Source of the DNA: Octopus vulgaris
Taxonomy: Eukaryota
DNA: 64,000 nucleotides
Direction of reading: 5' to 3'
Assembly: GCA_951406725.2 (NCBI GenBank)
Contig: OX597815.1
Span: 190,402,001-190,466,000, forward strand
Shown: piece after piece, positions 12,741 through 25,522 of the stretch
How positions within the stretch are numbered: the stretch's first letter is position 1
How the letters are laid out: every line of letters begins with the position of its first letter
Program-made: the position numbers and the translations under genes
Notes under the pieces: model-generated
Databases searched by the model: none
The model's input: only the letters and a program-made list of their open reading frames with translations
Told to the model about the DNA's origin: nothing

Positions 12741-12999
12741 TAATCGTTTTCTATTTTACTGTTAGTTTTGTTTCATTTTGAAAAATAAGCAATTATTTCA
12801 TGGTTTATTATTGTTTAGAATCTGAATCACATATATAAGGCTAAACCAACATTTTTAAGTACTTAGGGCCTCTCTGGGTCTCAATCCAGCCCTGCTTGTG
12901 AGGCTAAACATGCATTGCTTGACTTTATCAACATTGTTAATAACCTTGGTTCTTCAGTAGTTAATATTCAAAGAAAACTATAATGCTACTAAGGAAATG

Positions 13000-13365
13000 T
13001 AAGTAGCTTGTTTACCAACCACATGGTTCGGGGTTCAGTCCCACTGCGTGGCACCTTGGGTAAGTGTCTTCTACTATAGCCTCGGGCCGACCAAAGCCTT
13101 GTGAGTGGATTTGGTAGACAGAAACTGAAAGAAGCCCGTCGTATATATGTATATATATGTGTGCGTGTATGTTTGTGTTTGTCCCCCTAGCATTGCTTGA
13201 CAACCGATGCTGGTGTATTTATGTCCCCGTCACTTAGCGGTTCGGCAAAAGAGACCGATAGAATAAGTACTGGGCTTACAAAGAATAAGTCCCGGGGTCG
13301 AGTTGCTCGATTAAAGGCGGTGCTCCAGCATGGCCGCAGTCAAATGACTGAAACAAGTAAAAAAT
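13000..13365 (+). mobile_element. SINE family B
   Basis: Matches 9336-9764, slightly 5'-truncated. Confidence 0.9.
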
Positions 13366-13384
13366 AAGAAATATATATATATAT

Positions 13385-15065
13385 ATTAATATCTATATGA
13401 GTTTTCGTTTTTTATGGTTTTGTTAAAGAATTTTAGAAAGTTTTGTATATCCATTCATAATTTTTTAATTTACGTTTGTTTACTACGCGCAAAGAATTTT
13501 ATATTCCATTCATAATTTTAAAGACGCTGTTTTATGTAGCGCTAATAATTTTTATATGTTCGGTTCCATGGTAACGTAATTTTTGTTTATTGTAATAACG
13601 GATAAAGTTATTCACTTCAAAATTTGATACTGATTAGAAGGTATGTCTATTTTTCTCCTTTGTTAATCTTGTTACTTATGATAATCTGATTTCTTATGGA
13701 GTATTTTATATATCGTATTATGTGTAGAAATGTTGTTTTCTTTTGTATGTTTATGCATGTGTGAATGTGTGTGCGTGTGCGTATTTGATTGTATCGAGTT
13801 TTGTACGTATGTATTTGTATGTGTGAGTGTGTATATGGTTATGTTTCTGGGTGTGTGTATATATGTGTGTGTATTTGTGTGTATTGTGTAAGGGGTTGTA
13901 TCTTTATATTTATACTTGTATGTATGGATTTTATTTATCATTATTATTTTAATAAGAATTTTTGTATGTAGGTATGGGTGTGTATGTATGTGTGAGAGTG
14001 TACAAGGGTAAGTGTAGATGTGGGAGTGTATGAGTGCTATGTAATTGGGTGTGATTATTTATGCACTTGTATACATGTAAGTTTTGAATGTGCGTGTGAT
14101 TCCACCCGTCTGCGTGTACACACTATTTTATATATATATTAATATATATATGAGTTTTCGTTTATCATGGTCGTTTTATTAAAGTTTGTTTGTATCGAGA
14201 CTTGTACGTATGTATATGTATGTGTGAGTGTGTATATGGTTATGTTTGTGGGTGTGTGTATATATGTGTGTGTATTTGTGCGTATTGTGTTAGGGGTTGT
14301 ATAGTTATATTTATACTTGTATGTATGGATTTCATTTCCATTCATAATTTTTTTAAAACGTTTGATATCCACGTGCAAAGAATTGTTCGGTTTTCTTTTG
14401 AGTGTTTATGTATGTGTGAATGTGTGTGTGTGTGTGTGTGATTGTTTGCGTAATTTATTTATCTGTATGGGTGTGGGTGTTTATATATTGGTATATATCG
14501 TGTTCTGTATGTATGTGTATGTATATGTATGTGAGCGGGTATATGTATATTGTTTATGAATTGAGTGTTGTATGTGTGTGTGAGGAAGTATGAATAAGTA
14601 ATGTGTTGAGTGTATGAGCATGTGTGTGTATATATAGTTTATTTTTTGTTTTTTGTTTTTTGTTTTTTGGTTTTTGTTTTTTGCTTGTTGTTTTTTGGTT
14701 TTTGTACATTTTTAAATATGAGAACTTTTATAATAGGTTTTTATATTCAATTGTTTATAGGGTTTATTTTAGATTATTTTAGATTATATATTGATTATAT
14801 ATAGATTATATATAGATTATATATAGATTATATTTTTATTTATTTTTTTATATTCTTTCATTGATAATTTTATTATTTTATTATTTTAAATTATTTTAAA
14901 TTATATTTTAAAATATTGATATTTTTAGATCGAAAATCCACCTGAAGATTGTCGGTAGCAGACATGAAACATTTGTAGTGGCGGTTTATTTAATTTATAT
15001 TTAAATTTTATGTATTGATTAAGTCTTTCCTTGTTTGGTTTTAAAATAGTGGTTTTGTCTCGAAT

Positions 15066-15066
<1 letters not shown>
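13385..15066 (+). mobile_element. GT-rich composite element with internal direct repeat and terminal HHR
   Basis: About 145-bp direct repeat (13789-13931 and 14190-14332); HHR at 14938-14981; bounded by TA tracts. Confidence 0.5.
14938..14981 (+). ncRNA. Minimal type I hammerhead ribozyme
   Basis: ccac CTGAAGA t tgtc(ggtagca)gaca t GAAA catttg TA gtgg. Confidence 0.65.
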
Positions 15067-15111
<45 letters not shown>

Positions 15112-15362
15112 TGTATGTATGCATGCATATATACACTCCAGAAAAATTAAAAGCAAAATTAAACTCATCAAGATTTAAGCTCAATATGTGAAGGACCGTA
15201 AAAAATACCACAAAACACTCTGTCCGATGCTCTAACAATTCTACCGAACCTCTTGAATGAAACGGACGTTTGAAGAAAACCTTTCGAAAGCGGGGGTCCA
15301 ACTCTCTTAGGAGATCATGCAAAAATCCAAGGAGGTGGGGTGCATGTGCAATTGAAAATTTT

Positions 15363-15634
15363 TTATTACCTCTGCCTTAACGAAGACGGAAGTATTGTTT
15401 TCGGTTGTGTTTGTTTGTCTGTGGACAAGATATCTCAAGAACTGCTTGATGGATTCAGATGAAACGTTCAGGGATGTTTGGCCTCATGACTGGCACAAAC
15501 TGATTAGATTGTCCAGTACCGGACAAGGATTAGTATTCTCGTTGGTGAGAGCAGTCAAGTTTATTTAAGATATTCTCATTTTAAAAATCATCTCCAGCTT
15601 TAGTGATGGCCTGTGCTCTCTGAGTGCTCTTGTT
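15363..15634 (+). mobile_element. Helentron-associated (HINE-like) non-autonomous element
   Basis: ttattacctctgcc start, gtttgtttgtctgt tract, gtgctctctgagtgctcttgtt end. Confidence 0.6.
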
Positions 15635-16775
15635 ATTATTATTTTATATATTTTAGCTTTAGGATTATTTGTTGATTGTTGAATTTTTCCTGTGAAAATT
15701 AAACTTTGTGATTGCATATTTTAAAACAAATCCATAAATTTAAAATCTAATTTTAACATTGCCAAAAATTCCCACCAACCACAATCTATCTTGCTTTAAT
15801 TTTAATCTCATTAACACATAAAGCACGATGAGCCATGATCGTGGCCATCAGGCACTGGTCGACAGGCCACGATTGTGGCTCAGATAGATGCATGTAATTT
15901 ACGGGAATTTGCTGGGGGTCTAATGTCACTCAAACGCTCTAATACCCCGCAGAATGCCAGAGGACTAATATTTCAACCAATGACTTTTCAGATGATGTGA
16001 AACTTGCTACCATTATATACTAAGAAGATATTTTAACTACTTTTTTTTTTTTTTATGTGTGCATGGTAGTTTCATTTTCGTAAAATGTGCTTAGCATTCC
16101 ATACTATGTAAGTGCAAATCCCAGCGCTTTATGGATTAATCGGGGAACAACAAACAACGACTCCCTCCCTCCAAATAACTTCAGATAACCAGAATAGTAC
16201 CACTTTTTTTATGATACTATTAATTTTCACTCAACGTAACTTTCACCGCAAGGTATGTTAATTTACGATTCAATTTCATGTTTTTTTTTTTTTTTTCGTC
16301 TTTTTGCATAATTCAGAGAAAATGTAGATAACGGATGTAGCTGCTTAGAAGGACTCCCTTCGATGATATATATAAGATGTGACATGAAGCTCTATTGAGC
16401 AAAATTTAATAAAACCAGACAGGATGACTCGTTTGCATTTTACACTTGTTATATATTTTTCATGATAAAAGTGAACAAACCTGGTTGTTTTGAAAGTAAA
16501 TTAAATCAAAAAATATTTAAATTAGATAAGGTGGTGCTCCAGCATGGCTGAAATCAAATGAATGAAACAAGTAAAAGAACATATCATTCAGAAATTGATA
16601 AGTAATTACTATTTAAATTTACTAGTATTAAAAAAAAAATGATTTTGTATCAAACTATTCTTAAAGAATTCGTTTGTATTTAAATGAATTGATAACGTGT
16701 CTTACTGATTTCCAGCCAAAACAACTAAAGGGTGAAATGATATTCCAGTTCTTGCGCAATGTAATCCAAGAATAA

Positions 16776-16776
<1 letters not shown>

Positions 16777-16823
<47 letters not shown>

Positions 16824-17483
16824 GTTTAACATCCGCTTTCCATGCTAGCATGGGTTGGATGATTTGACTGAGGGCTGGCGAACCAGATGGTTGTACTAGG
16901 CTTCAATCTTGATCTGTCAGAGTTTCTACAGCTGGATGCCCTTCCTAATGCCAACCACTCCGAGAGTGTAGTGGGTGCTTTTACGTGCCACCGGCACGGG
17001 GCCAGTCAGGCAGTACTGGCAACGACCTCGCTCGAAACTTTTACACATGCCCCTGGCACAAGTGCCAGTAAGGCGATGCTTGTAACGATCATGCTCGAAT
17101 GGGGTATTTTACGTGCCACCAGCACGGAGGCCAGTTAGCCGCTCTGGCAACGATCATGCTCGGATGGTTCTCTTAATACCCTACTAGCACGGGGCTTGAG
17201 TGCCAGTAAGGCGACGCTGGTAACGATCACACTCAAATTGGTGCCTTTTAAGTGCCACTGGCACAGAAGCCTGTTAGCCGCTCTGTCAATGATCACACTC
17301 GTATGGTGCTCTTTGCATCCCGCTAGCATGGACGCCAGTCATCGAATTTGATTTTGATTTTGATTTCACTTGCCTCAACAGGTCTTTGCAAGCAGAGTTT
17401 AGTGTCCAAAGAAGGAAAAGGTATTCATAGTGGGCTGGTTACGCCCCTGGCATAGGCCACGAGATTACGGTCTCATTTAGCTT
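16777..17483 (-). mobile_element. Family C element, long copy with about 60-bp internal repeats
   Basis: (CAT)n tail, repeated gtgccagtaaggcga...cgatcatgctcg units. Confidence 0.85.
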
Positions 17484-17489
17484 GCAACG

Positions 17490-17893
17490 TGCATGACTGT
17501 GTGGTAAGAAGTTTGCTTCCCAACCACATGGTTCCAGGTTCAGTCCCACTGCGTGGTATCTTGGACAAGTGTGTTCTGCTATAACCTTGAGCCGGATAAA
17601 TCCTTGTGAGTGGATTTGGTAGATGGAAACTGAAAGAAGCCTGTCGTATATATGCAATTATGCACGTGTGTCTTTGTGTCTGTGGTTATTCCCCCCACCC
17701 CACCCCACCACTTGACAACCAGTGTTGGTGTGTTTACGTCCCCGTAACTTAGCAGTTCGGCAAAAGATACCGATAGAGTACATACCAGGCTTTAAAAAAA
17801 TAACTCCTGGGGTGCATCCATTCAAACAAAATTTCAAGACAGTGCTCCAGCATGGTTGTAGTCAATTGACTGAAACAAGTAAAAGCTAAAAGA
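17490..17893 (+). mobile_element. SINE family B
   Basis: Family match. Confidence 0.85.
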
Positions 17894-18039
17894 TGATTTT
17901 TATTCATGAAAGTTGTATTAAGCCATAAGTTACCGTGTCTAAATGGAACATATTATGCTTCGAATTTAACCTGTAACAATAAAATTATCTATAACGGTGT
18001 GAATTTATATTTGTTTTTAAATCGAGAGAACATAACTCA

Positions 18040-18662
18040 CTTTGTCTTTCCTTGTTTGTCCCCTCTGTGTTTAGCCCCTTGTGGGCAATAAAGAAATAAG
18101 AAACGTTAGCACGTGGCGAGCTGGCAGAAATGTTAGCACGCCGGGCGAAATGCTCAGTGGTGTTTCGTCTGCCGTTACGTTCTGAGTTCAAATTCCGCCG
18201 AGATCGACTTTGCCTTTCATCCTTTCGGGGTCGATTAAATAAGTACCAGTTACACACTGGGGGTCGATGTAATCGACTTAATTCATGTGTCTGTCCCTGT
18301 TTGTCTCCTCTATGTTTAGCCCCTTGTGGGTAATAAAGGAACAGGTATTTCGTCTGCCGCTACATTATGAGTTCAAATTCCGCCGAGGTCAACTTTGCCT
18401 TGCATCCTTTCGGGGTCGATTAAATAAGTACCAGTTACGCACTGGGGTCGATATAATCGACTTAATCCATTTGTCTGTCATTGATTTCCTCTCTGTGTTT
18501 AGCCCCTTGTGGGTGGTAAAGAAATAGGTATTTCATCTGCCTTTACGTTCTGAGTTCAAACTCCACAAAAGTCCACTTTGACTTTCATCCTTTCAGAGTC
18601 AATAAATTAAGTACCAGTTGCATACTAGGGTCGATCTAATTGACTGGTTTCCCTCCCCCAAA
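18040..18662 (+). mobile_element. Tandem array of SINE family A bodies
   Basis: About 183-bp units restarting at ggtatttc (about 18160, 18344, 18526). Confidence 0.88.
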
Positions 18663-18789
18663 AATGATAGCTTCGAACTCAGTTTCTTTGCTGAGTGAGG
18701 TCTTCGTTGTGGCCAAATCAAAGAATATTGCCGTAATTTTCATTTTCCAAGTGTGTGAATGACAAAATATTTTACCCATGTACAAACTG

Positions 18790-19613
18790 TTGTTATTATG
18801 CAAAAGTGTTGTAAGTCCAAAATGTTACTTTTGCAGAAGATGAAAAAATAGTTTCACCATTCCGTAGCAAAACTGTTGTACTACACTTGGACAATTTTTG
18901 ATAACTCAGTATCTGAAGCAGCTGGAGATACGATAGTTTGACTAAAAATAAATATTGAAAAAAACACATTTGGCCAAATTTGAACATACAACAATTTAAC
19001 ATAATAGCAAAAAATATATATATATATATAAATATAAATATATATATATCGTTATTTTGCAAAAGTGTTGTAAGTCCAAAATGTTGCTTTTTCAGAAAAC
19101 GAAAAAATAGTTTCACCATTCCATAGCAAAACCGTTGTACTACACTTTGACAATTTTTTATATTTTTGGTATCTGAAGCAGCTTATAAATAAGATTCATT
19201 ATATTACTTCGTTTTTGTTTACAATTGCTTCGTACTCACAAAGTTATTTTGTGAATTTGTGATATTCCTTGAGGCTGTTGCACTTCAGTTATATCATCAT
19301 CAATATTTTCATGGTCTGATGCTTTAATAAATTCATTCATTTCGTAGCTATTATGTTAAACTGTCGTATGTTCAAATTTGGCCAAATGTGTTGTTTTTTT
19401 TCAATATTTATTTTTGCTTGCAAAAGCCACGACAGTTTAACATAATAGCTACGAAATGAATGAATTTATTAAAGCATCAAACCATGAAAATATTGTTGAT
19501 GATATAACTGAAGTGCAACAGCCTCAAGGAATATCACAAATTCACAAAATAACTTAGTGAGTACGAAGCAATTGTGAACAAAAACGAAGAAACATAATGA
19601 ATCTTATTTATAA
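18790..19613. repeat. Direct repeat plus 185-bp-arm inverted repeat
   Basis: Arms 19183-19367 and 19429-19613; direct repeat 18797-18922 / 19056-19183. Confidence 0.92.
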
Positions 19614-20151
19614 TATGGATTTGCTCTTACAGTGAAAAATAATGAAGGATAATAATTAATTTGGTCACTGAAAGTGTGAAGCCTACCAAATTAAAAAGAC
19701 ATTGATTCAAGACATACCTAATGTAACAGGAAGTCTGAAGAATTATTTGAGAGGCTGTTGAAATTTTTTTTCAGTAAAAAAGTAATCTCTTGAGAATCAT
19801 ATTCACGCTACAGAAATAATGAAGGGGTGATGTATTCAAGAGTAGTTTTTGAAGCTGCATATTTCCTTGTGTCCACCGCCCTCCACCCCGAAACGGATGG
19901 GGGATATGCAGTAATGGGGATTATCAGCAGGGATTAAGATAACGTTTATTGTTCAGGGAGATGGTGCACGCCATAGTTGCCTCTTCGCAAATCTCTGCGA
20001 CGAAATGGAATCTAATTCCAGCAACCATTTGATGTCTCTCAAATGGACGAGCTTTGAAAATGGCAGTTAAGAATGTATAAAAAATGAAGTCGAGACAACA
20101 TTCAGATTTGGCTAATTTATTCATCAAAGAAAATTGGTTATGCAAATTGTA

Positions 20152-20351
20152 TTTTTTACTCTTTTACTCGTTTCAGTCATTTGACCGCGACCATGCTGGA
20201 GCACCGCCTTTAGTCGAAGAAATCGACTAGCACTTATTCTATCGGTCTCTTTTGCCAAACTGCTAAGTTTTGGGGACATAAACACACCAACATCGATTGT
20301 CAAACGATGGTGGGGGTACAAACACAGATGCAAAGACATACACACATATAA

Positions 20352-20408
<57 letters not shown>

Positions 20409-20562
20409 GACAAGCTTCATTTAGTTTCTGTCTACCAAATCCCCTCCCAAGGCTTTGGTCAGCCCAAGGCTATAGTGGAAGACACTTGCCCAAAGTGCCA
20501 CACAGTTGGATTGAACCCGGAGCCACGTGGTTGGGAAGCAAGCTTCTTACCACACAGCCACG
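20152..20562 (-). mobile_element. SINE family B
   Basis: Family match. Confidence 0.88.
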
Positions 20563-20711
20563 AGTGTTTTGGGGAAAACTTGAAATATTTACATCTTTAC
20601 CCGGAGAGAACACCAGTATTTTCCTATTTATATCTAAAATTCAAGCTTTCATTTAAAAAAGAATTAAACGCATAGAAATGCAAAATAAAAACAATAAATT
20701 AAAGATGTCAA

Positions 20712-21085
20712 GTGCAGGCGTGGCTGTGCGGTAAGAAGTTTGCTTCTCAACTACATGATCCTGGGTTCAGTCAAACTGCAAGGCACCTTGGGCAAGTGTC
20801 TTCTGTTATAGTGTCGGGCCAACGAAAACCTTGTGAATGGATTCGACAGACGGAAACCGAAAGAAGTTTGTTGTATATATGTGTATGTGTGTGTGTGTTC
20901 CACACAATCGGTGCTGGTGTACTTATGTCTCCGTAACTTAGCAGTGTGGCAAAAGAGACTGATAGAGTAAGTACCAAGTTTAAGAAATGAAAAATAAGTA
21001 CCAGGGTCAATTCGTTTTATCAAAGATTCTCCAAAGCAGTGCTCCAGCATGGCCACAATATGATGACTGGAACAAAAAAAGATAA
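20712..21085 (+). mobile_element. SINE family B (older)
   Basis: Family match, diverged. Confidence 0.85.
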
Positions 21086-21186
21086 GCAAAGGATTTTATT
21101 TTTGAAAGTGCACTGAATTTTAATTTGATCAAAAAGGTTATGACTCATAATTAGGAGAGTCCAGAAAGCAATTTCCAGAAATATTG

Positions 21187-21400
21187 ATTTCAAATTTTGG
21201 TAGAAAACCAGCAATTACAGGGCAGTGGGTAAGTCGATTGTATCAACTCCAGTCTTCAACTGATACTTATTGTATCAACCCCGAAAGAATGAAAGGTAAA
21301 GTTGACACCCGTAGCATTTGAACTCAGAACGTAAAGACAGACGAATTGCCGCTAAGCATTTTACCCGACGGGCTAATTTTCCTGCCAGCTCGCTGGCTTA
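21187..21400 (-). mobile_element. SINE family A
   Basis: Family match. Confidence 0.82.
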
Positions 21401-21581
21401 ATCCGTAAAACGCTGGGATTTGCACTTAGACAGCATCGGCTGCTGAGCACATTTTATGAAGATGAGATTACCATGCACACATATAAAATTTAAAAATGGT
21501 TAAAATATCTTCTTAGTATATAATGGTGGTAAGTTTTACATCATCTGAAAAGTCATTAGTTGAACTATTAGTCCTCTTGAA

Positions 21582-21755
21582 TTTAGGGCCTATGAAAGAA
21601 AATTTCCTGTTTTAAAGGGGTCTAAATTAAAACCTTTCATAAAAATTTCATGTTGATTTATGCTCTAAACACCAACTGAATAATTACAGTTATTGCTAAG
21701 TTCTTCATTATTTTCGAAATGAATTAAAGCAAAGATAGTGTTTCAAAAGGAATAG
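21582..21755 (+). mobile_element. piggyBac-like MITE fragment
   Basis: Related to 48286-48510; near-identical inverted copy at 24078-24250. Confidence 0.7.
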
Positions 21756-21886
21756 CGTTTGGGTGATATTAAACCCCAACAAATGTCCATAAATTAAATG
21801 CATCTATCTGGGCCACGAATGTGGCTTGTCGACTTGTGGTTGACGGCCACAACGGTGGTCCATTGCACTTTATGTCTCTTTCTCTC

Positions 21887-22296
21887 TTTTCTCTCTTTTC
21901 TCTCTTTTACTTGTTTCAGTCATTTGACTGCGGCCATGCTGGAGCACCGCCTTTAGTCGAGCAAATCGACCCCGGGACTTATTCTTTTGTAAGCCCAGTA
22001 CTTATTCTATCGGTGTCTTTTTGCCGAACCGCTAAGTGACGGGGACGTAAACACACCAGCATCGGTTGTCAAGCAATGCTAGGGGGACAAACACAGACAC
22101 AAACACACACACATATATATATACATATATCCGATGGACTTCTTTCAGTTTCCGTCTACCAAATCCACTCACAAGGCACTGGTCTGCCCGGGGCTATAGC
22201 AGAAGACACTTGCCCAAGATGCCACACAGTGGGACTGAACCCGGAACCATGTGGTTGGTTAAGCAAGCTACTTACCACACAGCCACTCCTGCGCCT
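21887..22296 (-). mobile_element. SINE family B
   Basis: Family match, full length. Confidence 0.9.
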
Positions 22297-23140
22297 ATGT
22301 GTTAATTTCCAGAAATAGTTTTTATCAGAATTATATAATAACCAGCTGGATCGGATTCAAAACACAGTTGAAACACAGCGTGTAAGACATCTACTGTTTG
22401 ATAAAAGTTCAGGAAGAATGGGCAGAAATTTGAAGTGATTCGATTCTCAGGCATAAATTTTCAATTGAAAACCTTACATGTGTTTTAGGCTCGGTCTTTC
22501 TGCATAATTTCCTATATTGAAGAAATTAGACAACGAAACCTTTCTTACCATTTGTCATAATGTTTTTGTGCGAATCTGCATTTTCGGTGTTGACTAGAAT
22601 TTAAAGAAAACAAAACAGAAATTGCTCTGGTATTAATGAAATTGCCTTAAGACAAGCATTAACAAATTTTAAACCAAGATCTCATTTGTGTAAAACTAAA
22701 CAAGCACGTCCTTCTCAATAAAGATATTTTTTCTTGATCGTCATAAATTTATATTATTTATTATGGTTTTTTTATTAATGTTTTTTTTAAGATTTTACGA
22801 GGGTTGCGACGAATTTTGGCATTTTATGCCTGAGGGAGAAAAGATTTTCTTTTATATTTTGATATTAAAGCTAATTTTTGAATTTTTGTTTGTTTCAAAG
22901 TAAAAGTTGTTGCTTTTGAGAGGAGTTTTTGTTTTTTCAAGAAACGATTATTTTGTGTATTTTTTTTATATTTGTCATTCTTTTTTAATAATTTTTTTCT
23001 GAATTTGTTTTTTTTTTAAATTCAATAGCTGCTGATTTTTATTTGAATTCTTGACAGGAAAAAGTTTTTCTAAAAAGAAAACAAACTACATATTTATTTT
23101 TCTACTAAATATGTGCAAATAATTTCCTTTTACTTCGAGT

Positions 23141-23550
23141 CTCTTTTACTCTTTTACTTGTTTCAGTCATTTGACTGTGGCCATGCTGGACCACTGCCTT
23201 TTGTCGAGCAAATCAACCCCAGGACTAATTCTTTCTAAGCCTACTACTTATTCTATCGGTGTCTTTTGCTGAACTGCTAAGTTACGGGGACATACCCACA
23301 CCAGCATCGGTTGTCAAGCGATGTTGAGGGGACAAACACTGACACACAAACACACGCACACATATATATACATATACATATATACGATGGGCTTCTTTCA
23401 GTTTTCATCAACCAAATCCACTCACAAGGTTTTGGTCGGCCCAAGGCTATAGTAGAAGACACTTGCTCAAGGTGCTACGCAGTGGGACTGAACCCAGAAC
23501 CATGTGGTTGGTAAGGAAGCTACTTACCGCACAGCCACTCCTACGCCTAT
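23141..23550 (-). mobile_element. SINE family B
   Basis: Family match. Confidence 0.9.
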
Positions 23551-23594
23551 TTTACGAATGACAAATAATAGAACTTCGTTCCCCTGAAACTACA

Positions 23595-23998
23595 AATAAT
23601 CCTTTCTACTATAGGCACAAGGCCTGAAATTTTAGTGGAGGGGACCAGTCAATTAGATCAACCCCTTTATGCAACTGGTACTTAATTTATCGACCCTGAA
23701 AGGAGGAAAGGCAAAGTGGACCTCAGCAGAATTTGAACTCAGAGCATAAAGACGGACAAAATACCTATTTCTTTACTACCCACAAGGGGCTAAACACAGA
23801 GAGGACAAACAAGGACAGACAAACGGATTAAGTCGATTATATCGACCTCAGTGCGTAACTGGTACTTATTTAATCGACCCCGAAAAGATGAAAGGCAAAG
23901 TCGACCTCAGCGGAATTTGAACTTAGAACGTAGCGGTAGACAAAATACTGCTAAGCATTTTGCCTGGTGTGCTAACGATTCTGCCAGCTCACCACCTT
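23595..23998 (-). mobile_element. Dimeric SINE family A
   Basis: Two bodies joined at aagaaata|ggtattt (about 23765). Confidence 0.88.
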
Positions 23999-24069
23999 TG
24001 AAACAATAAATAATATGTAGTTTAAGATCTTTCTTTATCACCCCACCCCCCACCAACACTTTTTTTTTT

Positions 24070-24284
24070 TTTTACCATATTCCTATTGAAACACTATCCT
24101 TGCTTTAATTCATTTAAAAAATAATGAAGAATTTAGCAATAACTGTAATTATTCAGTTGGTGTTTAGAGCATAAATCAACATGAAATTTTTATGAAAGGT
24201 TTTAATTTAGACCCCTTTAAAACAGGAAATTTTGTTTCATAGGCCCTAAAGCAGTCTCAGGTGGGTTGGTATAATAAAGGTTAA
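24070..24284 (-). mobile_element. piggyBac-like MITE
   Basis: Ends ...ataaagg|ttaa; body related to 48286-48510. Confidence 0.7.
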
Positions 24285-25522
24285 AGAGGAATTATCTCAA
24301 GGGCAATTTTTCTTCAGTAAAAAAATCTTGTGAGCATCTTTCTAAAATAAAGTTTTGCTTTCTGTTTTTTTTTTACACACCTGGTCTTTCATAACAAAAA
24401 TTGCCAATGGTTAATTCTACCAAAAATGTGCAAATTCTCTCATGTAGAGAAAGGCACAAATTACTTTTGATATTCTCTTCATCTGCACCTATTCATATTT
24501 GTTGAGTTACAATCATTTTTACATCAGCATACACAATCTCCTGCCTGTCTAAAATAATAAATATTATTTGGTTTATTGTGTTTTTCTTTGACTGTTTAAA
24601 TATATTTCATGTGTGATATGGATTATTTCTGTTTTAGAATTATTATCACTAGAAACTTTCCAACAGTTAACATCATAAATTGCTATGTCAGGAGATTAAG
24701 CCCGAAGGAAAGCAGATATTTAATCGAACATTTTTGAGAAACCAATGATGGTGTAGATAATATCTTCTACACAGATGTGACACAACTATCAGATTTTATC
24801 TTATCGTAGTGACTCGGAGATGGCATTGTCTTTTAAAGATAGCTGTGTGTTTGAAATGCTCTTTTAAACAAAATAAGACGTATGTGAAAATAGCAGTTCC
24901 AGGGCTGATTATTCTGTTATGTAGCCGCCATTTTACTCAAGATATCAAATATATATTTATCCATTCCGTTGTTCACTGTGTATTTATTTATTTTATAAAT
25001 TTCTATTTGCACGGAATATTCTCATGTTTTGCTGCGGAACACTTCTTCAATCTTTAGACACTTTAAAGGTATTTTAAAGAGGTTTTGTAGGGAAAACATG
25101 TATGATTCTATGCATGTAAATATGATGTTGTGACAGTACAGTGGAATAAAATATGAACCCCAAAATTTATCATCAATAAACTACCTTATACGAGTACCAT
25201 ATTTCAGCTTCATTTTTTTTTTGTTTGTTTCTGTTTTTCCTTTTATTTCTAGATCAACTGTAGAATTAATCTAAAACAAAAGATGTATCTTATATTTTAG
25301 TCAAGAGAATCGTCATGTGGGACGTTAAAACTCGTATTTCTATGATGCACATCAGTGCTGAGACACATATTAGGTGTGGGTTATGTATACTAGAAAAGAG
25401 GTTAAATTAGATAATGTAACCTTCCCCACATAATCGCTGACGTACTGTAAACAAATTTTCGTAAGGTTGTGCAAACAAACTGTGATAGTTGGGCTTGTTT
25501 TGGACTTTATATTATTTGTAAA

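Noticed and set aside
15260-15300. HHR-like ggac..TTGAAGA..GAAA..gtcc
   Set aside because: No UH cleavage site or credible stems II and III.
16253-16316. Short GT-AG intron candidate
   Set aside because: Good splice words, but every joined frame meets nearby stops; could be UTR or chance.
16980-17330. CRISPR-like repeated units in family C
   Set aside because: Degenerate tandem units with no unique spacers or cas genes, repeated in several retroelement copies.
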